Source: Nitrososphaeria archaeon (GTDB taxonomy: Archaea > Thermoproteota > Nitrososphaeria > Nitrososphaerales > JAAOZN01). From it: a DNA stretch of 64,000 nt. The stretch spans positions 1 through 64,000 of the forward strand of contig JARVJZ010000005.1 of assembly GCA_029775855.1 (NCBI GenBank), in the 5' to 3' direction. The notes under the pieces were generated by a model, which was not told where the DNA came from, did not search any database, and saw nothing but the letters and a program-made list of their open reading frames with translations. Numbering within the stretch: position 1 is the stretch's first letter; each line of letters begins with the position of its first letter. The position numbers and the translations under genes are program-made. Shown one piece after another: positions 48,049 to 58,310 of the stretch.

Positions 48049-48684
48049 CTATGAGATAGTTGCTTTCAATAATGTGACGTATCCAAAAAATGGTATGTGC
48101 AAAAGGTTTAGAGATTTGCTGGTAATATAGGTGGCAACATAAACATTTTTAAAATATTTTCTGAAAATACTATACCATTTGATAGGGCTGAATACGGATT
48201 GATGTGTAGGATCGCGGTCCCTTAAATTCAATGGACTCCAAGGGTTGTTTGTAGCAACGAGAACAACACCACACCTCTTCAAAGATTTTTTTACATTATT
48301 AATAACGGATTCCGGGTCTTTAAAGTGTTCAATTGTATTAATGAGGGTTACTAAATCGAAGAAATGCAGGGGGAGTGTTTCTTTCTCGACATTTAATACG
48401 AAACAACGAGACCAGTTATGAAGGGTATTAGCTGTCCTAACCGCGTATTCTGAGACATCGCAACCATAAGCATCATATCCTTGTTCCGCTAATATTTCAA
48501 CTCCATATCCGTATGCGCATCCAACATCAAGTGCCTTCTTATTCTTTCCGCCTTTTAATCTAAATTTTCTTAGAACACCTCTGTAGAAATGTCGAACTAT
48601 ATTGGCTCTAGTATAGTATCCTCCTTCATATACACCTAACTTTCCTTCAAAGTAACTCTGATCGAAAGACCCTCTTCCAGACAT
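48049..48684 (-). CDS. Class I SAM-dependent methyltransferase
   Basis: ALDVGCAYG, G.DVS.YA, FDLV...IEH, DPTH. Confidence 0.88.
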   Translation of the reverse strand: MSGRGSFDQSYFEGKLGVYEGGYYTRANIVRHFYRGVLRKFRLKGGKNKKALDVGCAYGYGVEILAEQGYDAYGCDVSEYAVRTANTLHNWSRCFVLNVEKETLPLHFFDLVTLINTIEHFKDPESVINNVKKSLKRCGVVLVATNNPWSPLNLRDRDPTHQSVFSPIKWYSIFRKYFKNVYVATYITSKSLNLLHIPFFGYVTLLKATIS

Positions 48685-48696
48685 TATATCAAGTCC

Positions 48697-49383
48697 CTAC
48701 TTCTTTATAGAAAGAACACAGTAGCCAGTCGTGTAGTCCCTCTTAACGTCTAGTAAGTCGAAAAATCGAAAGAGTTTTGTGATTAAGATAAGGAGCACGT
48801 ATAAGATGAAAAGCAATGAATATTTGATCCAACGATTTCCTCTACCCCGTACTATGTAGTAAGGAGCATGCCTCATGGTTTCTCCTATCACACAGAAGAT
48901 TCCACCATTTTTCTCAAGTTCAAGTATTTCAAAACAATATTTCTCAAGATACAATCTTAAGCCTCTCTCAGTCCACCTATAGTAGTCGGCTTGAGCATGA
49001 ACACCAAACAAAAAAGGAACAGTCAAAATAAAGTAGCCTCCACCTCGTAAAACATGCCTAATTTCTGTCAGCGCTTTGCTTGTATCTGGTACGTGCTCTA
49101 ATGTTTCAATACATAAAACTGCGTCTGTGCTCTCACAGCGTATGGGTAAGTTGCATATATCCCCTATCAAGTCTGGCTTGCGCCGTTTATCAATATCAAT
49201 ACGTACAAAAGAGTTACATTGGAAAAGACTTCTATAAGGAGACTCCCCACTTCCAACATCTAATATCACCTTTCTAAAACCAATTACAGAACTAAAGTGT
49301 CTCAAGTGTTTCAACAAGTGTACATAATGTAAGCTTGATGCATTCATTACTTTTCTAAAAACTCCTTCTAACTTTGCATACAT
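48697..49383 (-). CDS. Class I SAM-dependent methyltransferase
   Basis: ILDVGSG..PY, LEHV, TVPF...H..DYYRWT. Confidence 0.88.
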   Translation of the reverse strand: MYAKLEGVFRKVMNASSLHYVHLLKHLRHFSSVIGFRKVILDVGSGESPYRSLFQCNSFVRIDIDKRRKPDLIGDICNLPIRCESTDAVLCIETLEHVPDTSKALTEIRHVLRGGGYFILTVPFLFGVHAQADYYRWTERGLRLYLEKYCFEILELEKNGGIFCVIGETMRHAPYYIVRGRGNRWIKYSLLFILYVLLILITKLFRFFDLLDVKRDYTTGYCVLSIKK

Positions 49384-50591
49384 TAACTCTTACATCTCCG
49401 TAGATCGTTAAACTTCATCTGTTGTTGCAGCATCTCACAATAAACACTTAATATTTTCTCCCCTAAGCTTTCAAAATCTAACTTTAACTCTTTTATTAGC
49501 TTTACGCACTCCTCTCTAACTACTTCTGCATTTACATTTAGCATATCTATAATAGCTTCAGCGAATTTTTTTTCGTCTTCTTCGACGATCCTCCCAACAT
49601 ACTTATTCCTAATTATCATTTTAACGTCGCCGACATCCGTGGAGACAACAGGAACCCCACACGCTAACGCTTCTCTTACTACTGTAGGTGAACCCTCGGT
49701 TAAAGAGCAAAGCGCCATAACATCAGCACAGTTAAGTATTTCGGGAATTTCGTCATATCTTCTTTCGCCAAGAAATATTATTTCTTCTCCTATGTTAAGA
49801 TTCTTTGCAAGCTTCTGCAAATGTTTAATGTAAGAAGGTGATCCTCTTCCCACAATTACCAACTTTGCATTTGGAAGTTTGCCCTTTACCAAAGCAAAAG
49901 ACCTTATCAAAAACTCCAAGTTTTTTATCTTCTCAACTCTGCCTACAAAGATTACCAATTTACTTTCCTGATTTATTCTATATTTTCTACGCAAGAGCAC
50001 TTTGTTCATAGGTTTAAACAATTCTGTGGGAACAGCTGATGTTGGCATAACTTCTGTCTTATACTTTATTTGAGGGTAAATAGCAGCATAATAATCTACA
50101 GTGCTCTTAGCTGCTAAAAACTTATTAATATGCCGAAGAACGAACTTCATGAACTCAACCAAAAATGGTCGTGCTACTCTAAATAACAAAGGGTGTTTTG
50201 TTTGAAAAGTTTTGAGCTGCGCGTCTAACGTCACTACCTTAAGGTTTCTTGGATAGTAGATAATAAACGGAATCAAGTATTCAAGACGGCAAGTGTGTAT
50301 TATAGTACTCTTAGGCAGCTTAAGAAAAGGTGCTCTCAGAAGTAGCCCCATAAAGTATACTTGCCAGGAACATGAACTAGCAAAACCATCAATCGGGACA
50401 AAAGTAAAAACGTACGGCTTCTTATGTTTACCGTAAGATGCGCCCACTAATGTTGTAGTGTAACCATGCTTCACCAAATAATTGAGTAAGTTCAAGGTAT
50501 ATCTTACTGCCCCACCTTGCACAGAAAAAGATGGATCGATAGGGTGTGCTAAACACACACTTATAGAAGCCGAAACTATTTCTTTAATCAA
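49383..50591 (-). CDS. GT4 glycosyltransferase
   Basis: FVGR...KN, EGSPTVVREALACGVPVVSTDVG. Confidence 0.92.
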   Translation of the reverse strand: MIKEIVSASISVCLAHPIDPSFSVQGGAVRYTLNLLNYLVKHGYTTTLVGASYGKHKKPYVFTFVPIDGFASSCSWQVYFMGLLLRAPFLKLPKSTIIHTCRLEYLIPFIIYYPRNLKVVTLDAQLKTFQTKHPLLFRVARPFLVEFMKFVLRHINKFLAAKSTVDYYAAIYPQIKYKTEVMPTSAVPTELFKPMNKVLLRRKYRINQESKLVIFVGRVEKIKNLEFLIRSFALVKGKLPNAKLVIVGRGSPSYIKHLQKLAKNLNIGEEIIFLGERRYDEIPEILNCADVMALCSLTEGSPTVVREALACGVPVVSTDVGDVKMIIRNKYVGRIVEEDEKKFAEAIIDMLNVNAEVVREECVKLIKELKLDFESLGEKILSVYCEMLQQQMKFNDLRRCKS

Positions 50592-50592
50592 A

Positions 50593-51231
50593 TCAAGAAT
50601 TGTTAAGCTTAAGCGCTCTTCGATAAATGATTATGGGGCGCTCATCTAACTTTTCTATACATTGAAAATCATCACAAGTATAAATATCGAGAGGAATTCT
50701 CCTTAGTAGGGCTCTAACTCTCTCAAGGAAGGCAAAAGTACACGCTCTAACACCGTTAACAAAACCTTTAAGCCTAATTATTCGAATATCAAGATCCGAC
50801 CGTTCTGTCAATACGCCACGTGACAAGCTGCCCAAAACTAAAATGGCATCTATACTATTCTCGTTTTTAGCTCTTCTACTAAGGTCTTCTAAATACTCTA
50901 CAAAACAACTTAAACTAGTCCTAGAGAAACCCAAGTTCTTTAGTAATACATACAGGTGTCCATTAAAGAGCCAGTGTAAAGTATGCGATATTGCTAATGT
51001 ACAAAAGACAGCCGAAACTGGATTCATTAAGAGCGATAGCAGAAAGAAAAAGGGCAAAAAGAAAATAAGGTCCAGAAACAAAAAAATTATTTTCTCACTT
51101 CTTTCCATGTATAAAAAACCGTGAAAACACCAATTAGTAAAGATTATTATAGTAAATTTCACTAAACGGGGCAACTTCTTACTGTAGAGTATCTTTCTGT
51201 GGAAACTATTTGGTTTCATTAAACATTGCAC
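50593..51231 (-). CDS. Nucleotidyltransferase (Pol-beta superfamily) with N-terminal TM helices
   Basis: Hydrophobic N-terminus with HTLHWLFNGH, then LGSLSRG....SDLDIR...PLDIY. Confidence 0.8.
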   Translation of the reverse strand: MQCLMKPNSFHRKILYSKKLPRLVKFTIIIFTNWCFHGFLYMERSEKIIFLFLDLIFFLPFFFLLSLLMNPVSAVFCTLAISHTLHWLFNGHLYVLLKNLGFSRTSLSCFVEYLEDLSRRAKNENSIDAILVLGSLSRGVLTERSDLDIRIIRLKGFVNGVRACTFAFLERVRALLRRIPLDIYTCDDFQCIEKLDERPIIIYRRALKLNNS

Positions 51232-53057
51232 AAGATTCCCACAATAGTAGAATGCACGCTAACAACATCTCCTTCGGCATTTACCACATTTGGTCTAAGA
51301 ATTTTCGAAAGTTCGTCATAAAATCTTACTTTAAGTTCTAAATCCTTATCGTAGTAAACATCAATCCGCCTAGTTTTCAAAACCTGAGGTCTGGCAGTTA
51401 ACATAACAATTGCAGCTTTGTTCGCCACTCTTAACAGAAGCTTGCCAACGAATGAATGTAATAAATTTGGGTTTCTTGTTGACACCATAAGGTCAACTAA
51501 AGTGTCATATGGCGACCTATCGCATATAACGTATTTACCACGCCACAACCTCAGATAGATTTTAGTGAAAACAGAAAATAAAGTATCAAATACTACTGTA
51601 TAGCTGTATATCAAAGCTACTGGCTTGATTCTGTTAAAGTAGTGATATGCCAATCTTTTTCTATTACCTAGTCGCTCAATTCTAGTTAGAAATAAAAGTC
51701 TAGCTAAAGCTAGAATCATAAGTGACAATTTGTGGTTCCAGCGCATCCAAACATACTCAGCTGGGATACCATTATTTCTCAAAACCTTAACAAGTATCTT
51801 TGCTTGGGTAGTTTTGCCCACCCCATCTGGACCTATTATAAATATTAGTGATGGAATGTTATTTCTCAGTCTATTAATGGTCATCTGCACTAGTCCCACA
51901 AAAGCATCACAGATTTTGTTCCATCGAGGATAGTATTGGCTCATGTAATTCCTTGCACTATAACCGAGTTTCTTTGCCAATTCAGTGTTGGTAAGTAGTG
52001 CTATCAGAGAATTTCGTAATGCAATATAGTCATTGCTTTTAACGATTAACCCACGAGCATCAAGTAATTCCGGAATACCATTTAGATCCGTAGATATAAT
52101 GGGCTTTCCTAACAACATAGCCTCAAGTATCGTTATCGGAACATCAGAGATAACAAGTTTAAAAGGAAGACAAACGACATCTGCAGCCCTAACATATTTC
52201 CGTATTTCATTTGACGCAAGAAAATGCGTTATTATTCTTACCCGGTCATTTGCTTCAGTCTTGCTTATGATGTTTTTAAGATAAGCTATCTCTTTCGCTG
52301 ATGCTTTGTCTTCAACTCTCGCTAAAAGAATTAACTTAGAAAAAAAATTCTTACTCACATCTACAAAAGCTTTAATCAGTATGTCTGTACCCCGTAAAGT
52401 TAAAGGTGGCCCAAAATACAAGATTACAGATGCATCCTCAGGACTAATATCCTTTCTGATCTTATTAACCTCATTATCTTCTGGTAATTGTAAATCAGAC
52501 TCGCTAATTCCCTGCGGTATAACTTTTATTCTTGCAGAATGAACACCATAGTCAACTAACTTTCTTTTATTGGCTTCGCTTAAGACTACTATGTGGTCAA
52601 AAGAGTTTAATCTTCTCCTGATCAAAGAAGGCGGAATGATTGCACCTATGAAATGTATAAATAAATATCTAAAATGCCTTATCATCTCAATTAAGCCGGG
52701 TTTGAATACATCCTTCAGATCATAAATAGGGCTTGTAAGAACGCAGATAGCTGGCAAGCCTAATTTGAGTTTTGGCTTCAATAGACTGGCTACCCCCAAC
52801 ACAACAATAGCAACATCTGGTTTAATCGTCTTTAACTTTTCTAGGGCTTCTTTTGACCAACCGAACCATGAGCTTAACCTCTTTACTGAGTATACTGTTA
52901 AACCTTCAAATGTATTGGTTTCAAACTTGCTATTTGAAAGTATTATTAGCTCAAGACCTCTTTGGGCAATACCTTTACCAAGTTCGTAGATGAATCGCCA
53001 AGGTTGTTTGTTAATATTCTCCTTTTTGAAATCAAAACAGATTATACAGATCTTCAA
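51219..53057 (-). CDS. GT4 glycosyltransferase fused to a thymidylate-kinase-like P-loop domain
   Basis: PITILEAMLLGKPIIST...GIPE (GT4), then IIGPDGVGKTT and VICDRSPYD (dTMP-kinase-like). Confidence 0.85.
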   Translation of the reverse strand: MKICIICFDFKKENINKQPWRFIYELGKGIAQRGLELIILSNSKFETNTFEGLTVYSVKRLSSWFGWSKEALEKLKTIKPDVAIVVLGVASLLKPKLKLGLPAICVLTSPIYDLKDVFKPGLIEMIRHFRYLFIHFIGAIIPPSLIRRRLNSFDHIVVLSEANKRKLVDYGVHSARIKVIPQGISESDLQLPEDNEVNKIRKDISPEDASVILYFGPPLTLRGTDILIKAFVDVSKNFFSKLILLARVEDKASAKEIAYLKNIISKTEANDRVRIITHFLASNEIRKYVRAADVVCLPFKLVISDVPITILEAMLLGKPIISTDLNGIPELLDARGLIVKSNDYIALRNSLIALLTNTELAKKLGYSARNYMSQYYPRWNKICDAFVGLVQMTINRLRNNIPSLIFIIGPDGVGKTTQAKILVKVLRNNGIPAEYVWMRWNHKLSLMILALARLLFLTRIERLGNRKRLAYHYFNRIKPVALIYSYTVVFDTLFSVFTKIYLRLWRGKYVICDRSPYDTLVDLMVSTRNPNLLHSFVGKLLLRVANKAAIVMLTARPQVLKTRRIDVYYDKDLELKVRFYDELSKILRPNVVNAEGDVVSVHSTIVGILCNV

Positions 53058-54173
53058 TTAACACAAATTTCTGTATATCGCTTCTATACGGTCTGTTATC
53101 TTACCCCAAGTATATTTTTCTTCAATCGTTTTTCTAGCATTGTCTCCAAGCATCTTCATTAGTTTCCTATCATCAAGTAGCATAGTGATAGCCCTAAACA
53201 TCTTTTCTGGAGATCTTGGAGGAACTATGAGCCCATTATACCCATCTCTAATAACATCTAAGCATCCTCCAATAGCGGTAGCAACTACTGGTAATCCGCA
53301 GCTCATAGCCTCCAGAAGGACGGTAGGCAAACCTTCATAATGCGATGGCAAAAGAAATATTGTAGCATTTTGATATATCTCAATTAACTTTTTGTAATTA
53401 ACGTGACCTATAAGCATAATTTTGTTTTCTAATCTGTGCTTTATTATCTTGCTTTTTATTGTTTTTTCTAATTCTCCTTTTCCTACGATGACAAATTTAA
53501 CATCTTGGCCTCTAACAATTTGCTTCGCGCATTCTAATAGATCAAATAGACCTTTCCTATAGCTCAAGCGACCTACATATAGAACGTAATTTCCTTCTTT
53601 CTTTTTTTGGATAGGGGTAAACTCCTTCTCATTAACACCATTCCCTACAACGACAGAGTTGCATAATCCGTAATATTTTTTTAATTCTTGAGCAACGGAA
53701 TTAGATACTGTAGTAACGACCTTCGAGTGTTCCATAAGATCCTTGACTATCGGATAGCAAACAACACGAGTTAGAACTTTTATTCCTAGCGATTTTAGAT
53801 CTACTATTTCTATGTACCGAGCGTCTTCGAGCAAAGAAGTATGTATTGTACTCACCACGGGGAGGTTTGTCTTAACACGTGGGGACAAAGGAGAGTGTAT
53901 ATGGACTACATCTAACTTAGCTTCTACTAACTTAAAGAGATCGTTAAGGAAGTAGCTAAATATGTTAATGTGGAAGGGATAGAGAGGAATAAAAGGCACC
54001 TTAAATACTTCAATACTCTCTATAGTCTCCTTTCTATTTTCGTTTAACCGGCCAGGGACGATAATGATAATATTATGTCCTCGTCTCATAAGCTCTTTTG
54101 ACAAATTATAAACGTGATATCCAATTCCTTCTTGAGGGGGGAAAGGGGTAGTCATGATCATACATATGTTCAT
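53058..54173 (-). CDS. GT4 glycosyltransferase
   Basis: YVGRL..RKG, YEGLPTVLLEAMSCGLPVVAT. Confidence 0.93.
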   Translation of the reverse strand: MNICMIMTTPFPPQEGIGYHVYNLSKELMRRGHNIIIIVPGRLNENRKETIESIEVFKVPFIPLYPFHINIFSYFLNDLFKLVEAKLDVVHIHSPLSPRVKTNLPVVSTIHTSLLEDARYIEIVDLKSLGIKVLTRVVCYPIVKDLMEHSKVVTTVSNSVAQELKKYYGLCNSVVVGNGVNEKEFTPIQKKKEGNYVLYVGRLSYRKGLFDLLECAKQIVRGQDVKFVIVGKGELEKTIKSKIIKHRLENKIMLIGHVNYKKLIEIYQNATIFLLPSHYEGLPTVLLEAMSCGLPVVATAIGGCLDVIRDGYNGLIVPPRSPEKMFRAITMLLDDRKLMKMLGDNARKTIEEKYTWGKITDRIEAIYRNLC

Positions 54174-54194
54174 GATTAATCACAACTTGGAACT

Positions 54195-55133
54195 CTATTG
54201 TAATATAGATTTCATAACTTTATTCGCAGAATAAAGTAGAAAGAAAAGAGAATAAATGATAATTCTTATAAGAGCTAGAAAAGGAAAAACTAACCAAGAT
54301 TTGTCTTTCAGGAAATTCTTAAACATTGCGTTTAAACCTAACATTATGTGTTCTGCGAACGCATATTTTATATAATCAATCATACGCAACTTACCTTTAC
54401 TTGCAGTCCATGTCAAGCAAGCATACAAAAGATTAAGTTCGGTAGCATTTCTTTTTTGGGCTTCAAATATAGTCTTAGCTCCTAAAAATTGTTTTCTTGC
54501 AAATTCCTTCATTGAACGCATCGTATTATGAATAATTGGCTCTTTATGTATGACCACTTTGTATCCTAAGCGGAGGATACGATACATAAGGTCAAAATCC
54601 TCACCATAATGTAAGGTCGAATTAAATCCTCCTGCTTCGGTAAAAGCCCGTCTGAGAACTAAACTGTTTCCCCCAGGAAGAATAGCTTTATTCTCTATCT
54701 GCCGTTTATTAAAAAATGTAGCCCATAAGTTAAAATAACATTTTGAGACGCAGCTGGCAGTATTTGGGGCTTTATTAATGGGCCAAACGATGCCAACTTT
54801 CGAATCATTCACGAATGGCTTGATTGCTTTGCTTAACCAATCTCTGGATGGTAATATTATATCTGAATCAAAAATTCCTAAGATTTCACCCTTTGAGTTA
54901 GCAGCGCCTACTTGACGGGCTTTCCCAATCCCTCCTTTTACAATTAGAATTTGAGATGTATATTTGAGTGCTATAGAGATTGTTGAGTCTTTAGAACCTC
55001 CATCTACAATTATGACCTCTTTGAAAGGGTAACTTTGGTTTACTATACTTTGTAAACATTCACCCAAAGTTCTTTCACTGTTAAGTGTAGGAATTATAAA
55101 TGAAACTTTAAGAAGTTCTTTTGCTAATTTCAT
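54195..55133 (-). CDS. GT2 glycosyltransferase
   Basis: IIPTLN, VDGGSKD.T, FDSD, GGF....GEDFDL. Confidence 0.9.
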   Translation of the reverse strand: MKLAKELLKVSFIIPTLNSERTLGECLQSIVNQSYPFKEVIIVDGGSKDSTISIALKYTSQILIVKGGIGKARQVGAANSKGEILGIFDSDIILPSRDWLSKAIKPFVNDSKVGIVWPINKAPNTASCVSKCYFNLWATFFNKRQIENKAILPGGNSLVLRRAFTEAGGFNSTLHYGEDFDLMYRILRLGYKVVIHKEPIIHNTMRSMKEFARKQFLGAKTIFEAQKRNATELNLLYACLTWTASKGKLRMIDYIKYAFAEHIMLGLNAMFKNFLKDKSWLVFPFLALIRIIIYSLFFLLYSANKVMKSILQ

Positions 55134-56166
55134 AAATAAAAAGAACTCTTGAAAATAACTTGAAAAGTAGATTGAGTATCTTTAGAAGTTTTGTTGATTC
55201 GGCTAGAAATGGATGGTTGAATTTGTAAGTAAACTTGCTAATTATATATCTATCATTTACCCTTCTATTTGCTTGTATGTATTTTCTTCGCTTTAAGATA
55301 TAATGGGTAGAGCGTATAATATCTGCATAAGTCCTCACTTTTATTTTTAATGACTTATGAATAAGACAATAGAAAAGCGTAGACAATTCAGCTAATATCA
55401 AGATAGGTAAAAATAGGATTAGAGTGCGTGTCTCATAGTTGGTTAACAACAAGATTATTCTATTTCTCTCAACATAGTAAAGCTTATCTTGTCGTAAGTA
55501 GATTGAACCCCAAGATTGACCCCACTTATGATAAACCTTCGCTGAGGGAACATACCTAGGTCTCCAACCTTTTAGCAAAGCTCTCCACCCTATGTCTGTA
55601 TCTTCGTTAAATGCGACAAAAAATTCATCAAATAAACCAGTATCCTCAAGTGCCTCCTTTGATGCTAAAAAACATGCGCCGTGGACACTTGGTATTTCAG
55701 TTAAATTATCATATTGCCCCAGATCTACTTCTCCACCGCCTCTTAGTATTCCAAATCCCGCTAAGTGGATATCAAGACCTGTTGAATTTAGTATATTTGG
55801 TTTATCTAACAATAAGATTTTAGGTTGAAAAAAACCACTGTTCTTCGACCTTAGAGCTTCTTTCATGAGCTCGCTAATAGCCTCACGATCCAAGATTATG
55901 TCATGGTTAAGAAACATAATATACTTGCCTTTTGCTCTACGCACTCCAATGTTACTTCCTCTACAGAAATAGAGGTTTGTCTTGTTTTTAATTAACGTAA
56001 CGTCGTACTTCTTAGCAACCTCCAGATCACTGCCATCATTAGAACAATTATCAACAAGTATTACCTCCAAGGGATAGTATGATGAAGAAAAGATAGAAGA
56101 AACACATTTATCTAAAACTTCTTTTCCGTTATAATTTACTATTATGATGCTTACGTGTGGATTCAA
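55108..56166 (-). CDS. GT2 glycosyltransferase, WbbL/rhamnosyltransferase-like
   Basis: IIVNYNG, VDN.S.DGS, FLNHD, GACFL, FDE.F..FNEDTD.GWR, VYH. Confidence 0.88.
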   Translation of the reverse strand: MNPHVSIIIVNYNGKEVLDKCVSSIFSSSYYPLEVILVDNCSNDGSDLEVAKKYDVTLIKNKTNLYFCRGSNIGVRRAKGKYIMFLNHDIILDREAISELMKEALRSKNSGFFQPKILLLDKPNILNSTGLDIHLAGFGILRGGGEVDLGQYDNLTEIPSVHGACFLASKEALEDTGLFDEFFVAFNEDTDIGWRALLKGWRPRYVPSAKVYHKWGQSWGSIYLRQDKLYYVERNRIILLLTNYETRTLILFLPILILAELSTLFYCLIHKSLKIKVRTYADIIRSTHYILKRRKYIQANRRVNDRYIISKFTYKFNHPFLAESTKLLKILNLLFKLFSRVLFIYEISKRTS

Positions 56167-56237
56167 AGATTCAAAATTATTAAGTTTATCTTAGAAACTT
56201 GTGGGAGAACATATGTCAATATAACTGTTCGGTTGTT

Positions 56238-57146
56238 CTAGCTATAGCTGCGTAAAAGTTCGGTCAAGCCATCTACAATGCTCTTTTTAGGTTTAAAGTT
56301 GAGTTTTTTCTCAACTCTACTCGTGTCTGCGCAGCTTGCAAATATTTCAAATCTCTTGGCAGGCTTTCTTATTGGGCTAAGGTTAACATTACCAATTAGT
56401 TTAAGAACATGCTCAGCCAGCTCATTCACCTTAACAGCTTTTCCAGAACCTAGGTTCAATAATTCGAAACCGCTCTGTTCAGATTCAAGCGCCCTAATAA
56501 GACAATCCACAACATCACCCACGTATATGAAGTCTCTACTCTGCTCACCTGAACCATATATCACCGGAGGCTTACCGCCTTTAACCCTCTTAACAAACTC
56601 ACTTATCACACCAGCGTAATGATCACTCTGCCTAGGACCATACACGTTAAAGAGTCTAAACACAGTTACATTTACATCATAGCAGCTGGCATAAGATCGG
56701 CAAAACGCCTCAGCGCAAAGCTTGCTTGCGGCGTAAGGTGAAAGAGGCTTCAAAGGATGCTCCTCGTCAATAGGAAGCTTAACAGGCTCACCATAAACAG
56801 CACAAGAAGACGTATATATGAGATTCTTCACACCAACCCTTCTACAGCACTCCAGCACATTTAAGGTGCCATCACTATTTACCTTATGGTAAAGGAGAGG
56901 CTTTCTGACAGATTCCCTAACATCTGTCAACGCAGCAAGATGATAAACCGCATCAACACCGTTCAACGCATTCTCCAAAGCAGGCTTGAACCTCACATCA
57001 CCTTTAATCAACGTAGCACCATCTACCCCTAAACAAGATGCGTGAGAGAAGTTGTCGAAAATAATAACATTATAGCCGCGCTCAATAAGACTCCTAACAA
57101 GATGGCTACCAATAAATCCACAGCCACCTGTAACCAAAACTTTCAC
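56238..57146 (-). CDS. NAD-dependent epimerase (GalE-like)
   Basis: TGGCGFIG, SSCAVYG, PLSPYAASK, NVYGPRQ, RDFIYV. Confidence 0.9.
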   Translation of the reverse strand: MKVLVTGGCGFIGSHLVRSLIERGYNVIIFDNFSHASCLGVDGATLIKGDVRFKPALENALNGVDAVYHLAALTDVRESVRKPLLYHKVNSDGTLNVLECCRRVGVKNLIYTSSCAVYGEPVKLPIDEEHPLKPLSPYAASKLCAEAFCRSYASCYDVNVTVFRLFNVYGPRQSDHYAGVISEFVKRVKGGKPPVIYGSGEQSRDFIYVGDVVDCLIRALESEQSGFELLNLGSGKAVKVNELAEHVLKLIGNVNLSPIRKPAKRFEIFASCADTSRVEKKLNFKPKKSIVDGLTELLRSYS

Positions 57147-57208
57147 AGATCCTCGCCTTAGTTCACAATATCTACTGTAAGCCGATGAGGCCTAGAGGAG
57201 CTGCCTTC

Positions 57209-58162
57209 CTACACAGTTTGCGTAGAACGTAAAAACTCTCTGACCGCAAGTTTAACAGCTTCAACGCTTCTACTTCGAGGTCTCCAACCCATCTTTTTAA
57301 TTTTCGAAACGTCAAGTAACATCTCTTTAACATCACCCACCCATCCACGTCCCTCTAAACCACCGGCGCATCGAAAAGCAACATCCTTAAGACCCATCTC
57401 ATCTACCACAATCTTAGCGATCGAGAGCACATCGACCTGATCCTCAGAACCCACATTATACACTTGCAAGCGGTCTTGCTGAAGGTTTCTTGATGCTAAG
57501 AGAAAGGCGTCAACAACATCATCCACATAGAGGTAAGATTTACGTTGAGTCCCATCGCCAAGCACTTCAAGCACATTTGGATTAGAACGCAGCTTCATCA
57601 CAAAATCGTATATTACACCGTGAGCACACCTAGGACCAACAACGTTGGCCAACCTAAGTATAACGCTATTTAAGCCAAACATATGCGCATACCCAGATAT
57701 CAAAGCCTCGCACGCCAACTTAGAAGCGCCGTAAAGCGAAATAGGCTTTAAAGGACCATAATTCTCTGGTGTAGGAATAACATCAGCCTCGCCATAAACA
57801 GTCGAAGTTGATGCGAAAACAACACCAACCCCAAATTCTCTCACAGCCTCAAGGAGATTATAGGTCGCCAACACATTCTGCTCGTAATCTACTCTTGTAT
57901 CCAATGCACCGAGGCGAACTTCGGGATTCGCTGCAAGATGAAAAACAACCTCGCAGCCATCCATAGCCAGCCGAATATCACTGGGGTGAAGGAGATCACC
58001 CCTCATAAACTTAAAACGCTCATGCCCAAACCACTTAGCAACATTCTCAACCCTTCCTCTACTCAGATTATCCAAAACAGCAACCTCCTCTCCACGCTCC
58101 ATCAACGCATCAACCAAATGACTCCCGATAAAGCCGGCTCCACCAGTAACCAGAACCCTCAT
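57209..58162 (-). CDS. NAD-dependent epimerase (archaeal GalE-like)
   Basis: TGGAGFIG, HLAANP.V, STSTVYG, YGASK, HGVIYDF, GW.GDV. Confidence 0.9.
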   Translation of the reverse strand: MRVLVTGGAGFIGSHLVDALMERGEEVAVLDNLSRGRVENVAKWFGHERFKFMRGDLLHPSDIRLAMDGCEVVFHLAANPEVRLGALDTRVDYEQNVLATYNLLEAVREFGVGVVFASTSTVYGEADVIPTPENYGPLKPISLYGASKLACEALISGYAHMFGLNSVILRLANVVGPRCAHGVIYDFVMKLRSNPNVLEVLGDGTQRKSYLYVDDVVDAFLLASRNLQQDRLQVYNVGSEDQVDVLSIAKIVVDEMGLKDVAFRCAGGLEGRGWVGDVKEMLLDVSKIKKMGWRPRSRSVEAVKLAVREFLRSTQTV

Positions 58163-58310
58163 ACCGCCTCAGACACGCTCAGCAGTAAACCTACGCTTAA
58201 TGTTAGCGACGAGCATGCTTCTCTTTGATCTCATCTATAAGCATTGTAGCTAGATGCCAGATGTAAACCGCTAACGCCTACAGCGCTATCTAACAGTCGA
58301 TAGCCTACCT

